A program made the position numbers and the translations under genes. The notes beneath the pieces were generated by a model. It saw only the letters and a program-made list of their open reading frames with translations. It did no database searches and was not told the DNA's origin. A stretch of 63,378 nucleotides of DNA, counting the filler, from Sphacelaria rigidula (lineage: Eukaryota), in assembly GCA_964200075.2 (NCBI GenBank). It is 9 parts of 9 records of this genome, joined end to end, with 100 filler letters (N's around TTAATTAATTAA, not from the genome) between each part and the next. Parts side by side here need not be neighbours in the genome. Positions count along the whole stretch, not along the records: positions 1 to 6,954 come from CAXNAA020017229.1; positions 7,055 to 14,007 come from CAXNAA020017230.1; 7 more parts are not named here. One strand, 5' to 3'. Position 1 is the stretch's first letter, and every line of letters begins with the position of its first letter. Shown in pieces: positions 1 through 12,189 of this stretch.

Positions 1-3000
1 TCAGTTTAGAGAGCGATGGCCTAGCACAGGTACGTTCTCGGCCGATCGGTGGCCCAGATAAGGTACGATTGAAAAATAATTCCTAGATCAGGTATACCTG
101 GGCGAAATTTGGCCTACAAAAGGTAAGTGGTTTCTGAAGGCGAGACGTCCGTTTTCGCGTGGCCATATCTCTCGAGTAACATGTTTTTTTCCCGTTTTTT
201 TTCGAGACCGGGGTGCCAATGCCCCCCCCGAATGATGTGCGTGAACCATTCGTAGCGAAAACGGTCAAAATGGCGTGTTTGGCTGTTTTCGCGTTTCTGG
301 CCATTTTTCGTACCTTTCTTGGGCAAAAAACAAGGTATACCTTTTCTAGTCCATTGCTTTAGTTTTATTCCATCACAATCAACCGGATATTTTCCGAGGT
401 GATAGTTCCAAGTGAAGAAATTGACTTTTCCCTGACAGGCACGCCATCTGTGTTTTGCGGACCCCACCCCGTTTTCATTTGCTCTTAGTATGCAATTTTC
501 GCCACCTGGGCAACAACCTCTCGCGACAGGTATACTGCAGACAGTATCGCAAGTGGTTTGTATTGCGACAACATTTTTCATGCTGTATGCAGTACACATA
601 TTCAGAAAAAATATCAAGGTAGGCACAGTGCGGAATACCGCGGGGATGAAAAGGAAGCATGGGCAGCGATAAAATATCTGGCGGCAGTAACGCCAACCCG
701 TACTCCTGGTGCAGTCCCTGCAACACCGTGGAGCGTGCCTTCCGCGACGAAAGTAATTGCGACCGACATCTCTCGCTTAGACTTGCCTAAGATTTTTCAT
801 AAGCCCGTGGCGGCATTATGTGCGGCGACAGTACTGCGCAGTGCAATCGACTGTTCCGGGTAATTCTAAGCATAGATGGCGCACGAGTCTTTTCACCGCT
901 TATTCCGGCGGCGCAGGGATACGGCGAACTTTAATACCCTCGGCGCCAAGTGATGGGAAAAGGTACAGCCGAGGTACAGGCGGAATTTTCATGGCCGGTT
1001 CGGCATCGCTTCGCATCGCGGCATAAATGCACGAGGCACCGCCTGCAAAGGCCGGGAGTAATATTATGGTAGGGGTGCACAACGTTTGTTTTCTGAGGTT
1101 AGAATTGTTAGGAGCTCTTCATCTTATCCCGAACACGAGTTTTGAAATACGTGAGAGTACGCGAGGGATGTTTCTCAATGTGCTAGGGATATCCCGAATG
1201 AATTCATAGGCGGGGATGCCCGGAACCATATTCTTGGGCACCTACAATCGCTAGGACCCCCTGAAGTAGACAAGACTGCGGAAAAAGTTCACCCCTACCG
1301 TATCGTTGCTGCCGGGGGGAAGCTTGGCCTCTCGTATTATCATGACCCCCCAACGCTCGGGACCCAATATTTGTGGCGATCAGTATTTTGATGAGTGTTC
1401 GTATACTCGCGGGGATGTGGATTGTTGGTGAAGCACGGTAAGTGTACCCAATTTGTCGTTGTGGTTATAGATATTGTTGCTTTCTTTTCATTTTAGACCG
1501 TACCGACATCAGGACATCGCTCTGTACCGAGCATATCACTCGGACGCTTGCCGCCGTGAAGAACGAAGAACCCGATCATAGGACGAAATAAATTAAGAAA
1601 ACAAATCGTACGAAAAGTAAATCACACAGATGCGATACCAAACAGAAAAAAAAAATCGATTTAAAGTGATAACGATACAACGAAAATCAAAGAGTGAAAA
1701 AGAGAGGGGGTCGTCGGTGCGCACGCGATCGCTTGGCGGTAGCTAGCCGTGCACACCGCACGAGAGCACATGTCGCAAAACGCAACAGAGGTTTGGCGTG
1801 CCCCGCCGTCCCTCGCGCGTATCTCCCAACTGCTGAGTGCCGTGAAAACTTACCGAAAAAAATTAATGCATCGCACCGCTCGATGACTGATACAAGAGTG
1901 TTACAACAATAACAACGACGCCCCTGCACGACGGCGCCATTGCGCTACATGAAAACCCTCGCCTATATTCCGCCCCCACCCCCGCACAAATGCCGTCGCA
2001 CCGTGCGACCCGCAACTGTGGGCGCTCCCAAACAAATTGCCCTTGTCTGTCGTGGCAATCGCCACCACCATATCACCCAACCATTAGCCGGGCGTCACAC
2101 TTGACGGGCAGACCGTGGCACGTTCAGCACGGCCGTCATGTAAACTCGCTGCCGGGTCCTGACGTTGAGATCTGCGCGGCATAATCACCGAGTGACCGGC
2201 GTTACTACAGTATAGCTTTATCGGCCCCGTCATGACGGCCGCACTTCCTCCCGTCAACCGTCCTGGCCTGCTATCCTGCGGCGCCCTTCGTCCCGTGGAC
2301 AATCGGTAAAACGTTAGACCTGCCCGACGTGAATACCTGCGCCAGTCCCAGTAATAAGAGCGCACGTCGGTGGTACGGCGCCTTCAATTCCGGTGATTTT
2401 CCAGCATCAAGATTCATTATGTCAGACCCAATGCTCACTACTGTAGGAAATTGTTGTGAATACTCTCATCTGCGGCGATTTTCCATGACTTGCGCGCGCG
2501 CCTCATCTCGTCGCCGTGCGGTTCTACAAGGTCGTGTTCTGTAGGGCACGGTCCTCTGTACACCCGAGGCATTTTCCCGGGTATTTTATACCTTTTCAAA
2601 TGTTTATGCTTCTATTTGTACACGGCTTGGTCTATTATACCGTCCTGATTCTTGTTTTATTCTGTTCCAAGCGGTTCTCAGGGTCGGTTTCGACTTTTGT
2701 TGTGCCTTGGGGGCGTCCATCATGCGACCACCGCTGAATCTCTGGAGGGTCACTTCAATCGCGACCATCAAATCAATCAAGCAATAATTTACCGTGCCCG
2801 GCAAATTAATACTAGTACCCGACAGTTCTGATAACTCGGTACCACTTTCAAACCCTCATCCGATAATCGTAAGAGTACTGTAAGCGTCCCGTACCGTTAC
2901 CAGGAGACCGGGTACGCTCTTCATATCATACCCGGTTGCGGGTACGGTTTGCGGTGCAGTCCCCATATCCTGCCACACAGTTTCCGTGAGTTTTGTACGC

Positions 3001-3612
3001 CCCCCACACCCTTGCTCGACAACTATGCCAGCCAGACATGATTTTCGTTTCTTGTTTTCCGCTACACTTTCTCGGAAAATAACTCAAGTGCTAGTATCTG
3101 GGTTACGTGGGGGGGGGGTGCATCTCCCTCTGTATGTGGACGGTTGTCATCTTCATTTCATTTTCTGCTCGTGTGTTTTTATTTTTAGGTGTATCGGAGT
3201 CTGTGAATGTACCACTCCAGCGCCATCCCTTGCCGCGGGTGGCGGCGCATGATATCAACATGCCACCACACGCCTGTGACCACTGTTGGGAGGCAAGCGC
3301 ATGATGCGTGGAAATACTACTCGTGGTAATAACGCAAGCACAAACGGTGCGGACGCTAGTCTTTCCACGATGATATTATTTATTGCATGTAAAGAAATGA
3401 ATGCATGTCAGCATCGGGGAGTCCTACGGGTGACAGGTATTCCAACAAGCAGATGTGGAACAGAACGCAATCCTTGACTACTCAATGCCGGGTGATACGG
3501 ACACGGTCTGCCCCTCACCAGGGGATGTGCTGAGCCGTCTCGCTATTAGCATGCACGTTGATTTCATTCTACCTCCGTGTACATGTTGAAAAATACTGAA
3601 ACCATTGAGTGC

Positions 3613-4055
3613 TCACCGCGCCGCTGCAGGTGGGTGCTCTTGTCCGCTTAGAAGTCCCCGGCCTCCGGCAAGCTCTCAGCATCCGACTCCTCCTCGCTGT
3701 CTGCCGCGCTACTACCTGGTTTCACCGCCAACATCGTGAGGAAGTTGGGAGCAGGGGTCGGGTTGCGATGAAGCCCACGTCAGCGGCCATATAGAGGGAC
3801 GTCGGACGCCAATAGATACCTGTATACGATTGAGAATGAGAAGCGGCCAATCAGCGAATGAATCGTTTCAGTTCCAAAATGCTCCTCCATGAGGTCCCAT
3901 ATTCTTCCTGTAGTAGCTTGTGCGGAAATATTAATAATAAAAGTAGCTTGCCACTGACGCGCTTGATATCTCTGGGTAGGATATCGACGTGTAGCTGTAA
4001 GCACACCGCAGTGATGGAGACAAAGGAGAGCACACCCGAACGAAATATTGGCTGA
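3613..4055 (-). pseudogene. Degraded exon of a dispersed coding repeat (second copy at ~21290-21530)
   Basis: acag acceptor, then LHVDIL...SGKL..LQE...HFGTETIHSLIGRFS. The copy in contig 4 reads LHVDILLG..FSGKLLQE..HLGTETINY*IDRFS. Both copies carry frameshifts. Confidence 0.55.
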
Positions 4056-4584
4056 GTTAAAGCGAGTTATCGAAGCCACTCTCAATCCGCGCTCTACTGT
4101 CAATCTCACGAAAACCTCGTCGGCTCCAATCGAACAGGCAGGGTAAATTGGCAACTACCGCTCGTGTTGCACACCCGTACAGTCGCATACCCTCCCCACG
4201 TAAGCTGCATGCCAACCGACCCTACTAGCGGCACATGCCCTGCACCTGCGTCCGAGTCCTCTTCGTCTGACCGCCAGTCAGTCGTACGCCGATTCAACCC
4301 CCCCGATTCGCTGCGACCACCTGCGAAGCGCACGCAATGGAGCTGCACCGTCAGACGCCCCACCCGTTGTCGTGCACGTTTCCCCGGTTCGACTGACCCC
4401 AAAAGACGACACTCTGTCCATTTTTGTTGCTCGGTCATTTTCTCCGACATTTCGGCACGATAGCATACCCACTTCTCATTTGTAACCAGTAGCGGCGAAC
4501 AAACCCCAGTCCTCAATTCAACTGCAGTCGCCAAGCTCTGTCGTGATGCCCATATTCCTATACCACACGTGCAAATGTTGCACA

Positions 4585-4910
4585 TAGTACCGGACGGTCT
4601 AACTATCTTGGAGTGCCCGAGTGTTCTTTTATCGCGTACTACTCCTCGATATAAGGCGAAGTTGTCAGCGTCGGTACATTCTGGTACAATAACCGGACCG
4701 TCCTCGAAACACAGTGCTGAAGTCAGTGTGAGTTGGTGTTATGGGGCGATACGAGTACATACCCTGTTTACGAGGAGGGTGTACTTGACCGTGTAAGACA
4801 GTTTGTCGGCTCTAGCGCAAAGAGTAGGGAGAAGTTGAAATGAATCAAACTGATCGTTTCTTCACTAATGGGATCGGGGTAAGCTCGACCGACCGAAAGA
4901 ACCGAACAGT
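4585..4910 (-). mobile_element. Terminal segment of a TIR DNA transposon, homologous to the MITE at 25695-26236
   Basis: Starts TAGTACCGGACGGTCTAACTA (the MITE TIR is CAGTAGTGGGCGGTCTAACTA). The reverse complement of 4585-4910 aligns by eye with ~25920-26236. Confidence 0.8.
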
Positions 4911-5123
4911 CAAACCCCGGTTAGCACATAACTCACCCAAAATTGAGAACAGGAAAAAATTGTTGCTTGGAATGTGGGGCATTTGCCGACGAAGCAGATC
5001 CTCGGCGGACACATTTGCGCCGCTAGTGTTCGAGCAGACACGCCATCGCCTACGCGAACACTGAAATCGACAGACACACCTATCCCACGTCAGTGGGCCG
5101 AATTGGCGCGTGAAGGCAGTGTT

Positions 5124-5864
5124 TCACTCACCGTGTGCGGGCCCCGCCACCCTCGATGCAGCACTCACTGCACGACCCGTCGAGATGGTCGCGGCCGCTG
5201 CGTCATCCGTGCCCATCTCAGAAGGTCCGCATGCACCGTTGCACCCACAATATCCATATACACATGGCTTGCCCCTCTTGCCAAAACTGCAGTTCCTGCA
5301 TTTGTGCCTCGCAGCCGTGTCTGGTTTATACTGACACTTCAGGAACTTTACTCGCCCCTCCTGCACGAGGAGAGCATGCGGCGACAGTCTGAACACCATA
5401 TTCTCCTTCGCCAGAGGCGCACTGTCGTCCCCGTCACTCTTACACCAGCCGCGGCCTTCGAACGGCGTCGGAGGGGTTCGTAACTGGATGGCTGCTTGCC
5501 AATATTCCAAGACGGCGTCGGCCCTGCGAACGTGCAGCCCTAGTGCATCCCACCTCGGGCAGTTCTTCTTACCCGTTGCTCCTTTGGCGGTCCAGATCGC
5601 ATCCTGGACGACGTGTGCAAATTTCCGGGCATCCCTTTTAACCTGGGCGGACTCGAATAGATCAGCGGCACCGCCCGAATAAGTCGGGATGAGGACTTTC
5701 ACATGCTCCTCGAAGTAACATACGTACAGCATCTTCACGGCGGCCGCTTCGTCCACCTGCCATCTGCCATTGCGGACAGAAACGATGGGTTCGTCGAACA
5801 AGCGAGGCATGACGATACTCTTTCGAATCCCTCGGGGAAAATCAAGTTTGACCAAGTTCGTCAA
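5124..5864 (-). mobile_element. C-terminal fragment resembling AcademX-type transposon protein (post-XPG nuclease region plus Cys cluster)
   Basis: 246-aa ORF containing CPRWDALGLHVRRADAVLEYWQAA...PFEGRGW (like the LPPT.DAL..H..RA......W.....GW motif) followed by C..C......C....CGC...C. No transposase or XPG core is visible upstream. Confidence 0.55.
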
Positions 5865-6664
5865 ACGATCACATCACGGATGAGCCGCAGAAGCAGCGCC
5901 CGCAAAGCGACACCTCCGCACAGCAGCCGTATGCGTGGCGGTTGTGCTTCGTTGCACGCTCGACGCTCAAGCCACACGTCCTTCGACTGACAGCTGTGTA
6001 CCACTCGTTGATCAAGGTAATGCGGAACATCACTGTATCAAAACCCATGCCGCCACCACTAGGCAGGTACTTGGTTGTTGCGTGTTTTTTTCGTGGGCAA
6101 TATCGTTAACCTGCTTGCACCTGCAAAGGTCACCATACGTCAATTGGCATGCGCTTTGGTTGCCCATGTGTGGTCAGTCTAGCCTAGCCAAATATCCACA
6201 AATGTCCCCAATTAACATGTGCTACGCTCGTCCAGCGAACGACCCCGACTCCGTTTGAAGTTCAAGGAGATGCTGTACCACACCACCTTCCGTACTCGCC
6301 AAGCTTTCCCCCGCCACGACCCTGGTCCGGCGAAAGCCGGGGGTGCTCCGTCCGGGCTCAGTAGGGATGCGATGTCAAGGGTTATATGACTACGGCAAGC
6401 GAGATCATGAGTACAACCCTGCCCCAGGATTGGTTCCTCACCCAGGACCCCGAAAATGTCAGCAATCGGAACTCAAACTTACATGGCGTGTAGTAGCTGT
6501 CAACAGTTACGAGTAGGTGAAGGAATGCTACTACACTCCGAGAAAGTTTGTGGATACAAACGTTTGAGTTTTCCGGTTTATTATACTCAAAGATGAAAGC
6601 TCCATCCTCAAATTTGAAAATCGGCCGTTCTCAGGCAAGTTTTCACACTCCGGACAAATGAGAT

Positions 6665-6907
6665 CCCTGTAGCTCGAGCTAGTTTTTTTTTAGCGTAGCT
6701 CAGTAGTGAGCTATGAGAGCTAAATGAGCTACGCATGTTCTTCCAGTGGGAGCTACGAGAGCTGTATGAGCTACACATTTTTGCCCTACGTGAGGTACCA
6801 ACCCGTGGCTCATCAGATCATATTCGTCCTGGGTGTGCTATGAGAGCCGCATGAGCTACGAATGTTTGACACACGTGGGCTACCAACCCGTAGCTCATCA
6901 AACAGGG
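6665..6907. mobile_element. Putative MITE or transposon end with GAGCTA subterminal repeats
   Basis: CCCTGT...ACAGGG ends and many GAGCTA/TAGCTC motifs in both orientations; no clear target-site duplication. Confidence 0.4.
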
Positions 6908-6954
6908 TTGCCAGAAAAATGAGAACGTATTTTGAAATGAGAATCAACCGCTCC

Positions 6955-7054
6955 NNNNNNNNNNNNNNNNNNNNNNNNNNNNNNNNNNNNNNNNNNNNTT
7001 AATTAATTAANNNNNNNNNNNNNNNNNNNNNNNNNNNNNNNNNNNNNNNNNNNN
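6955..7054. other. Artificial contig-joining spacer (N44-TTAATTAATTAA-N44), one of eight
   Basis: Identical 100-nt spacers at 6955, 14008, 21061, 28114, 35167, 42220, 49273 and 56326. The separated pieces are all 6953-6954 bp, as expected for length-sorted contigs. Confidence 0.98.
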
Positions 7055-7069
7055 GGGTGTGGGGGGGGT

Positions 7070-7106
<37 letters not shown>

Positions 7107-10100
7107 CATCGTCCTGTCGCGTTGAGCGTGGTTTCGTTCCGGGGGTACCCGTTGATGAGAATAGACAGCGTCAACGCTTGTCGTTCGCAACCAATGGTAG
7201 CACGGTGCGTGGAACACCTGCTCGCGTTCTCGAATTCGATGGAAGACAATGCACCATTCTTTGCGCCAGAGGGAAGGGTTCGAAGGGGAGTATCCTTGTC
7301 GTTTCCGTGCCGGAATCTTCCGGGCAATGGCCTATCCATGTTGCGTTGAAACCGACTTTTTGATTGAGGGGGGGAACAAAAACCCGCAACTGATCGATAC
7401 CAAGACACGAACGGTGCCCGTCTTAGTCGTGCCTGACGAACACCCCTCCCCCCACCCTGTCGGGCATGATCGAGGTGTTGTTCCTCGCGCTGGCGCAGCC
7501 CGAGGGGGAGGGTTAGCGCAGAACATGGGATCCGTGCGCCACCACGTTTTTCCCTGTGGTGTAGAGTAACAAGAGTGCTCACCCGACTTATTCTCTCGAT
7601 TCTTCGACGAACTGAATATGACGCGTTACGGGTTCACCTCCACAGGTTACTTCTTTCGAATAAGAGCTTGTCCTCGGTACTTCTACTACAAACAGTTCGC
7701 AAGTCGGGTTGCCCACTTGAACCTCATCTCGGAGTCAAACCCAATTCGCACAATTTGCTGTTATTTGTGTAATACTCGCACTTGAAGTCGGTAACTGCAA
7801 TGCTACACTTTGAGACAACAGTGTGTAAAAATCTCCATGGTGTGGAATGTTACAGGCGGCTTTCGCGCCATAGCGGTCGTGATACCATATAGCTTCGCCC
7901 GAGATACAGACAGCCATTACAGCGGCGGAGGCGACTTTTCACTCCTTCGTGCGCCACCTGGGGCAAACCCACGCTGTAGCTGCAACACGGACAGCTTTAC
8001 AAAATGCGGCGTAGCGATATAGCGCGTAGCGAGGGGTAATATGGCGTACATGTTGGCCGCAGGTACAAGCGGCTGCGTTCATGATGTGGCGGAGTGCATA
8101 GGACAACGCGAAATCAATGCAGGACAGGAATAGGCTAAGGATGTGACGTCTTGCGGTGTGCTTTGTCACCCTGCACTTTGCCGCTGTGCAGTGAGCAAGT
8201 AGTACCGCCGAGGGCGTCACGCTGCGGTTCGTACGCAGTGTCGAACACAGCAGCAAGCAGCATATTTCATGTACATTGATGTGTGTTTCAAGACCGATGC
8301 ACACAGATTGGGGCCTGCATCTAGAGAACCCTGCAACAGCTTCGCCCTGTTTTAGCGGATACAAACATATTTTCAGCAAAACTCCCTTGCGGCATGTGCT
8401 GTGACGAATCTCGTGCGTGATGCGGCCTTCTCCACCGTGGAGCATCGCCCGTGGAGCCACCTCTTGAGTCTGATGGTGCCCACCCCTCTTCCCACGAAGA
8501 TCTTCTAGAACGTGATAAGTTGAGAATCATGACTAGAGGTACTGGAACGTACACATCTCCGATGTTTCTCGGGCAGACAGGAGACAGCGTCAAGCATCAA
8601 GCGTCAAGCACGTGTACGTTGGGCGTCATACTTCTCACTCAAGACTTCGATTCGGAGCATGATACCAGGTAGGCAGCAGCAACTGGTGTGTCCAGATGCC
8701 CCTTGGAGCAAGATGAGCTTGTTTTCTATTCGATTTTTTCCTCTCAAAAACACGAAGTCAATAGGGTGTTTTAGAGTGGAAAGGTGTAGCAAAACACGAG
8801 TCGCAAAAATCGAGTCGCAAAAAAACGGTTGGTCGGACTTTTTACCCGGAGCAGAAACCAACTCACTTCGTGAAATTGTAATAGCTTCGGTTGGGTTTCA
8901 AAGAGCTGAGCAGCAGCCCAGTGCAGCTGTTCCCTTCTCAAAAGCCCATACGAATAATTCATGTCACTGACTGTACCCAGCGATGTGCACATCGGAAAGT
9001 GTTTCAGTATGTGAACACCAATGGATAACGTTCAAAAATGTCTTCTTTGAAAGCCTAACAACGGCTGCGAAAGTTGACAGAAGGCGCTTTTCTCGGCTTC
9101 CGAAGGGCATGAAGAAATACGATGCAATAGTTTTCAAACATATGGGAGAGCTTTGTTTCTACCGTTGCTCCTCCGGTGGCATCGTCATCAACAGGCGTAA
9201 ACAACGAATGAATCAGGTGCACCTAACCGCACGTGCTAAAGCTCGACTGTAATGATGAAAGGAGCAGAGGGTGCGCAGTGGCGGTAAAGCTCCCTCGCGT
9301 CATGCAGTGAGAGAAAGTGGATAAAAATCACAGGCGCTTATTTGGCCAACACAGAGGAAATCACTTAGGTCCTTCTTAAAACAGGGAGCCGAAAATGGGT
9401 AAGTGGAGAGAGCTGAAAGAGAGTGGCAGTCATGGGGCAATACCTTGTTTTGCCCTCGCCGTGAGTTCTTTGAACAAAACCAATCTCTTTGTCACTCAAG
9501 ACCCTATCGTCTGAGCCTTTTGGTGATATAAACCCTTCGGTGCTAGACTCTTCGATCATCGACATTTCAGTACTTGGGCCTTTTGCCCACGACCTTTCAG
9601 TACGAAAACCGTTTGCCTCCTAGGTACTTTCGTTCTACTAAACAGTACATTGCAACGGCTACAGTGAACCGTATTTGTAGCCGCTATTCGCCATCATTGA
9701 TATTCAAGCATTGCAACGTGTTTTACCTTATACAAATCGTAATCAGACGACTATTTCCTTGACTTCTCTCCTGTCCAATATCTGGTCGTCCACCGAATTG
9801 AGCCGAATGCTGTACGTATCTCAGAAACCGCGTGTGCAATGTGGGATGCCCCACACAGGGACGCAGCCTGGTGCTACGTACCCACCGTTTATCATGCTTT
9901 CCCAAACCAAAGCATCTATACCATCCCACACATATAGAGTGGTATCTACATTATCCGTGAAAGTACTCTCGCAGGCGTTCCCTCAAGGACACCCTTGTTC
10001 TCCGAGAGCCAATCGAAAAAAGACGATTCGGACCCAACAACGAGTTGGTTTTTACACGTGTTCCCCATAATATCCATCTACGTGTTCCCAATAAAATGTA

Positions 10101-10221
10101 TCTTAGTTCCTGCAGATTTCTCTCAAGAAGAAAACTACCCAAGCGAGGCTGTATCGCCATCTTGAATGCTGCAGATCCCAATGCCCGTTAAGTGGGCCAC
10201 CCCGCCTGATGCTGGAGGCGC

Positions 10222-10236
10222 TTAGAGACAAGTGGT
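10222..10236 (-). CDS. GLN1: GSII terminal micro-exon (TTCL*)
   Basis: gcag|ACC ACT TGT CTC TAA matches the usual TT-x-L end of GSII and is in phase with the previous exon. Confidence 0.8.
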   Translation of the reverse strand, partial: TTCL

Positions 10237-11537
10237 CTGCTCACGCGAACGATATTGGCAGCAAGGGGATGGGAGCAAAATAGAAGGGCAGGGAGGTTCA
10301 GTTTCTTGTGGCCAAGCGAGCTATAACAGAACAGCTCGAATGTTTAGTGTCGTCGTCCTATTCCAAAAGTACTTGCGTGAAAAACCTACCACGCCGCATC
10401 ACTCTTGTACCAAGCACACTGTCTCGCACACTTTGAGAAGTCAGGAACCTCTTGCCGATTTCATGTCCGCCACAACACAATTGCACACATTCGAGGGAGT
10501 AGCACACCTTGACAATCATGCCAGTGACGATGTAGGGGTCCATGTTCGACGAAGGCCTGCGGTCCTCGAAGTATCCCTTACCCTCCTCCTCTACGGTACG
10601 GCCGATGCGGATAGATGCACCGCGGTTGGCCACGCCGTATGAGAACTTCTCCATCGATGCAGTCTCGTGGCGACCGGTAAGACGGCGCTCGTTACCCTGT
10701 TCAGGTCAGCAGCACGCGTTGGGGATGTTTGGATGAGTGTATTACTGAGTAGGCATCAAAACGAGGTGGAGGGGAAACACCATAGCTTGTTGCCTACTTC
10801 AGGGAAAGCAGTGAATAATAATGATGTTAGTTCGGGCAAGTGTAGCATTGATTAGCTAGAATGCCCACATCGCTCAGAAGATGAACTTGTGCGCCGCAAC
10901 CCAGTGGCGTCTAAATATGCTCCATTGTACTTGTGCGAAGACCCTGTCTCACCTCTCCGTAGGCAGCGATGTGTTCGGCGTGCTTCTCGCCCAGCTTCTC
11001 GATTGCATCGATGATTACGGCGTAGCCTCCCTGGAAGAGATTGCAGCAGCGGCAGTGAAGAAACGGAGTTTGGTGTCAGAGGGGGGAACGTTCGGTAGAT
11101 CATGACGTGCGCACCACAGCGCAAGAGCACAGTCATACGTACTGTGGAAAAGTTGGTAAAACGACGTGATTGTGCGGAGATGTGGAGGAGAGCGCACAAA
11201 GCGTCAAGTTCCTCCCGCCCTTTCGGTACGACACAACCCCGCGAGGCGAATTTCGCTGTCCAGAAGAGGTGTCGGACCCTAAATACTAGAGAACATATCT
11301 CATGTGCGAATTTCTTGTCTCTACTACAAGGGGTAACCATTCCCAAATCATAAAGCCCACCTCCTCGCGCATGGGCTTGGTGGAGAAGTTAGTGTGGCAT
11401 CCAGCCCCGTTCCAGTCTCCTGGGATAGGCTTGGGGTCCACAGAGCACACAACACCAAACTGCTCGCACACGCGGTAGAGCAAGTAGCGGGAGATCCACA
11501 ACTCGTCGCCGGAGGCGATTCCTACACATGGTCCAAC
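10222..11537 (-). CDS. GLN1: Glutamine synthetase type II, 3' part (last four exons; 5' exons lie outside the contig)
   Basis: Exons 11361-11537, 10953-11030, 10508-10696 and 10222-10236 all have GT-AG junctions in phase 0. They splice to [20 protein letters not shown]...[83 protein letters not shown]...[27 protein letters not shown], which carries the diagnostic GSII catalytic motifs. Confidence 0.97.
10508..10696 (-). CDS. GLN1: GSII exon ([12 protein letters not shown]...[12 protein letters not shown])
   Basis: aacag acceptor and gtgtgc donor; 189 nt; contains the conserved [18 protein letters not shown] and EDRRP motifs. Confidence 0.96.
10953..11030 (-). CDS. GLN1: GSII exon ([26 protein letters not shown])
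   Basis: tcttccag acceptor and gtgaga donor; 78 nt, in frame with both neighbours; not present in the ORF track. Confidence 0.95.
11361..11537 (-). CDS. GLN1: GSII exon (VGP...[20 protein letters not shown])
   Basis: AG acceptor at 11538-11539 and GT donor at 11359-11360; 177 nt; contains the GS ATP-binding signature [14 protein letters not shown]. Confidence 0.96.
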
Positions 11538-11605
11538 CTGCGTGCGTGTGACGATGTGTGTTTAAGAGTGTGTCGCGCGCGGGGGGGGGGGGGGGGGGGG
11601 GGGGT

Positions 11606-11643
<38 letters not shown>

Positions 11644-12189
11644 CTACATCGGCACATTGTCAAATTCGACGAATCGTGGCACGAACAAACCGCATTATAA
11701 GAGTGGTAACAAACAAACACGGTGTACAAGACGACAATATGTATCGAGTGTTGGGGTCTGATAAAGACCTACGGGATTGCCTCACGCCGCCACACCCCTC
11801 CCCTCCCCCACCTTGACGTAGGAATACTCTCACGGTGTACTCCGAGAGTATGAACGCTAAACAGCCATAGTTGCCAACCGATCGATCATTTCTTGCGCTG
11901 ATGTATCCGCGGGGAAGTAAAGGTTATGTGACCAAGGACACTCGCTGAAAGACACGTGCTGAAAAGATGGAATTCACCGGCGCCTGTTTCCCCCCGAGGA
12001 GACGCTCGGCTGGATCTGCGATCTTCGCACCTTTGCTCTTCAATGGTGGCGCCGGCGGGCGGTCGGGGAACGCTTGCCTTCCTCGCGTTTTTCCCGCTAT
12101 TTGATGCGACGCCGTCTCCGGCTGGATTCTGAGATTCTTTCCTCTTCCGGCGCTCTGGCTCGCCCTCGCACGATATGCGAATGCGTTTT

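Noticed and set aside
6999..7010. Recurrent TTAATTAATTAA every ~7 kb as a biological repeat or telomere
   Set aside because: It always sits in the middle of identical N-padded 100-nt spacers and supplies stops in all frames, so it is an assembly joiner. ORFs crossing it are artefacts.
7100..10100. Possible LINE or gene remnants downstream of GS (e.g. WITFKNVFFESL)
   Set aside because: No diagnostic RT, endonuclease or other motifs could be assembled; left unannotated.
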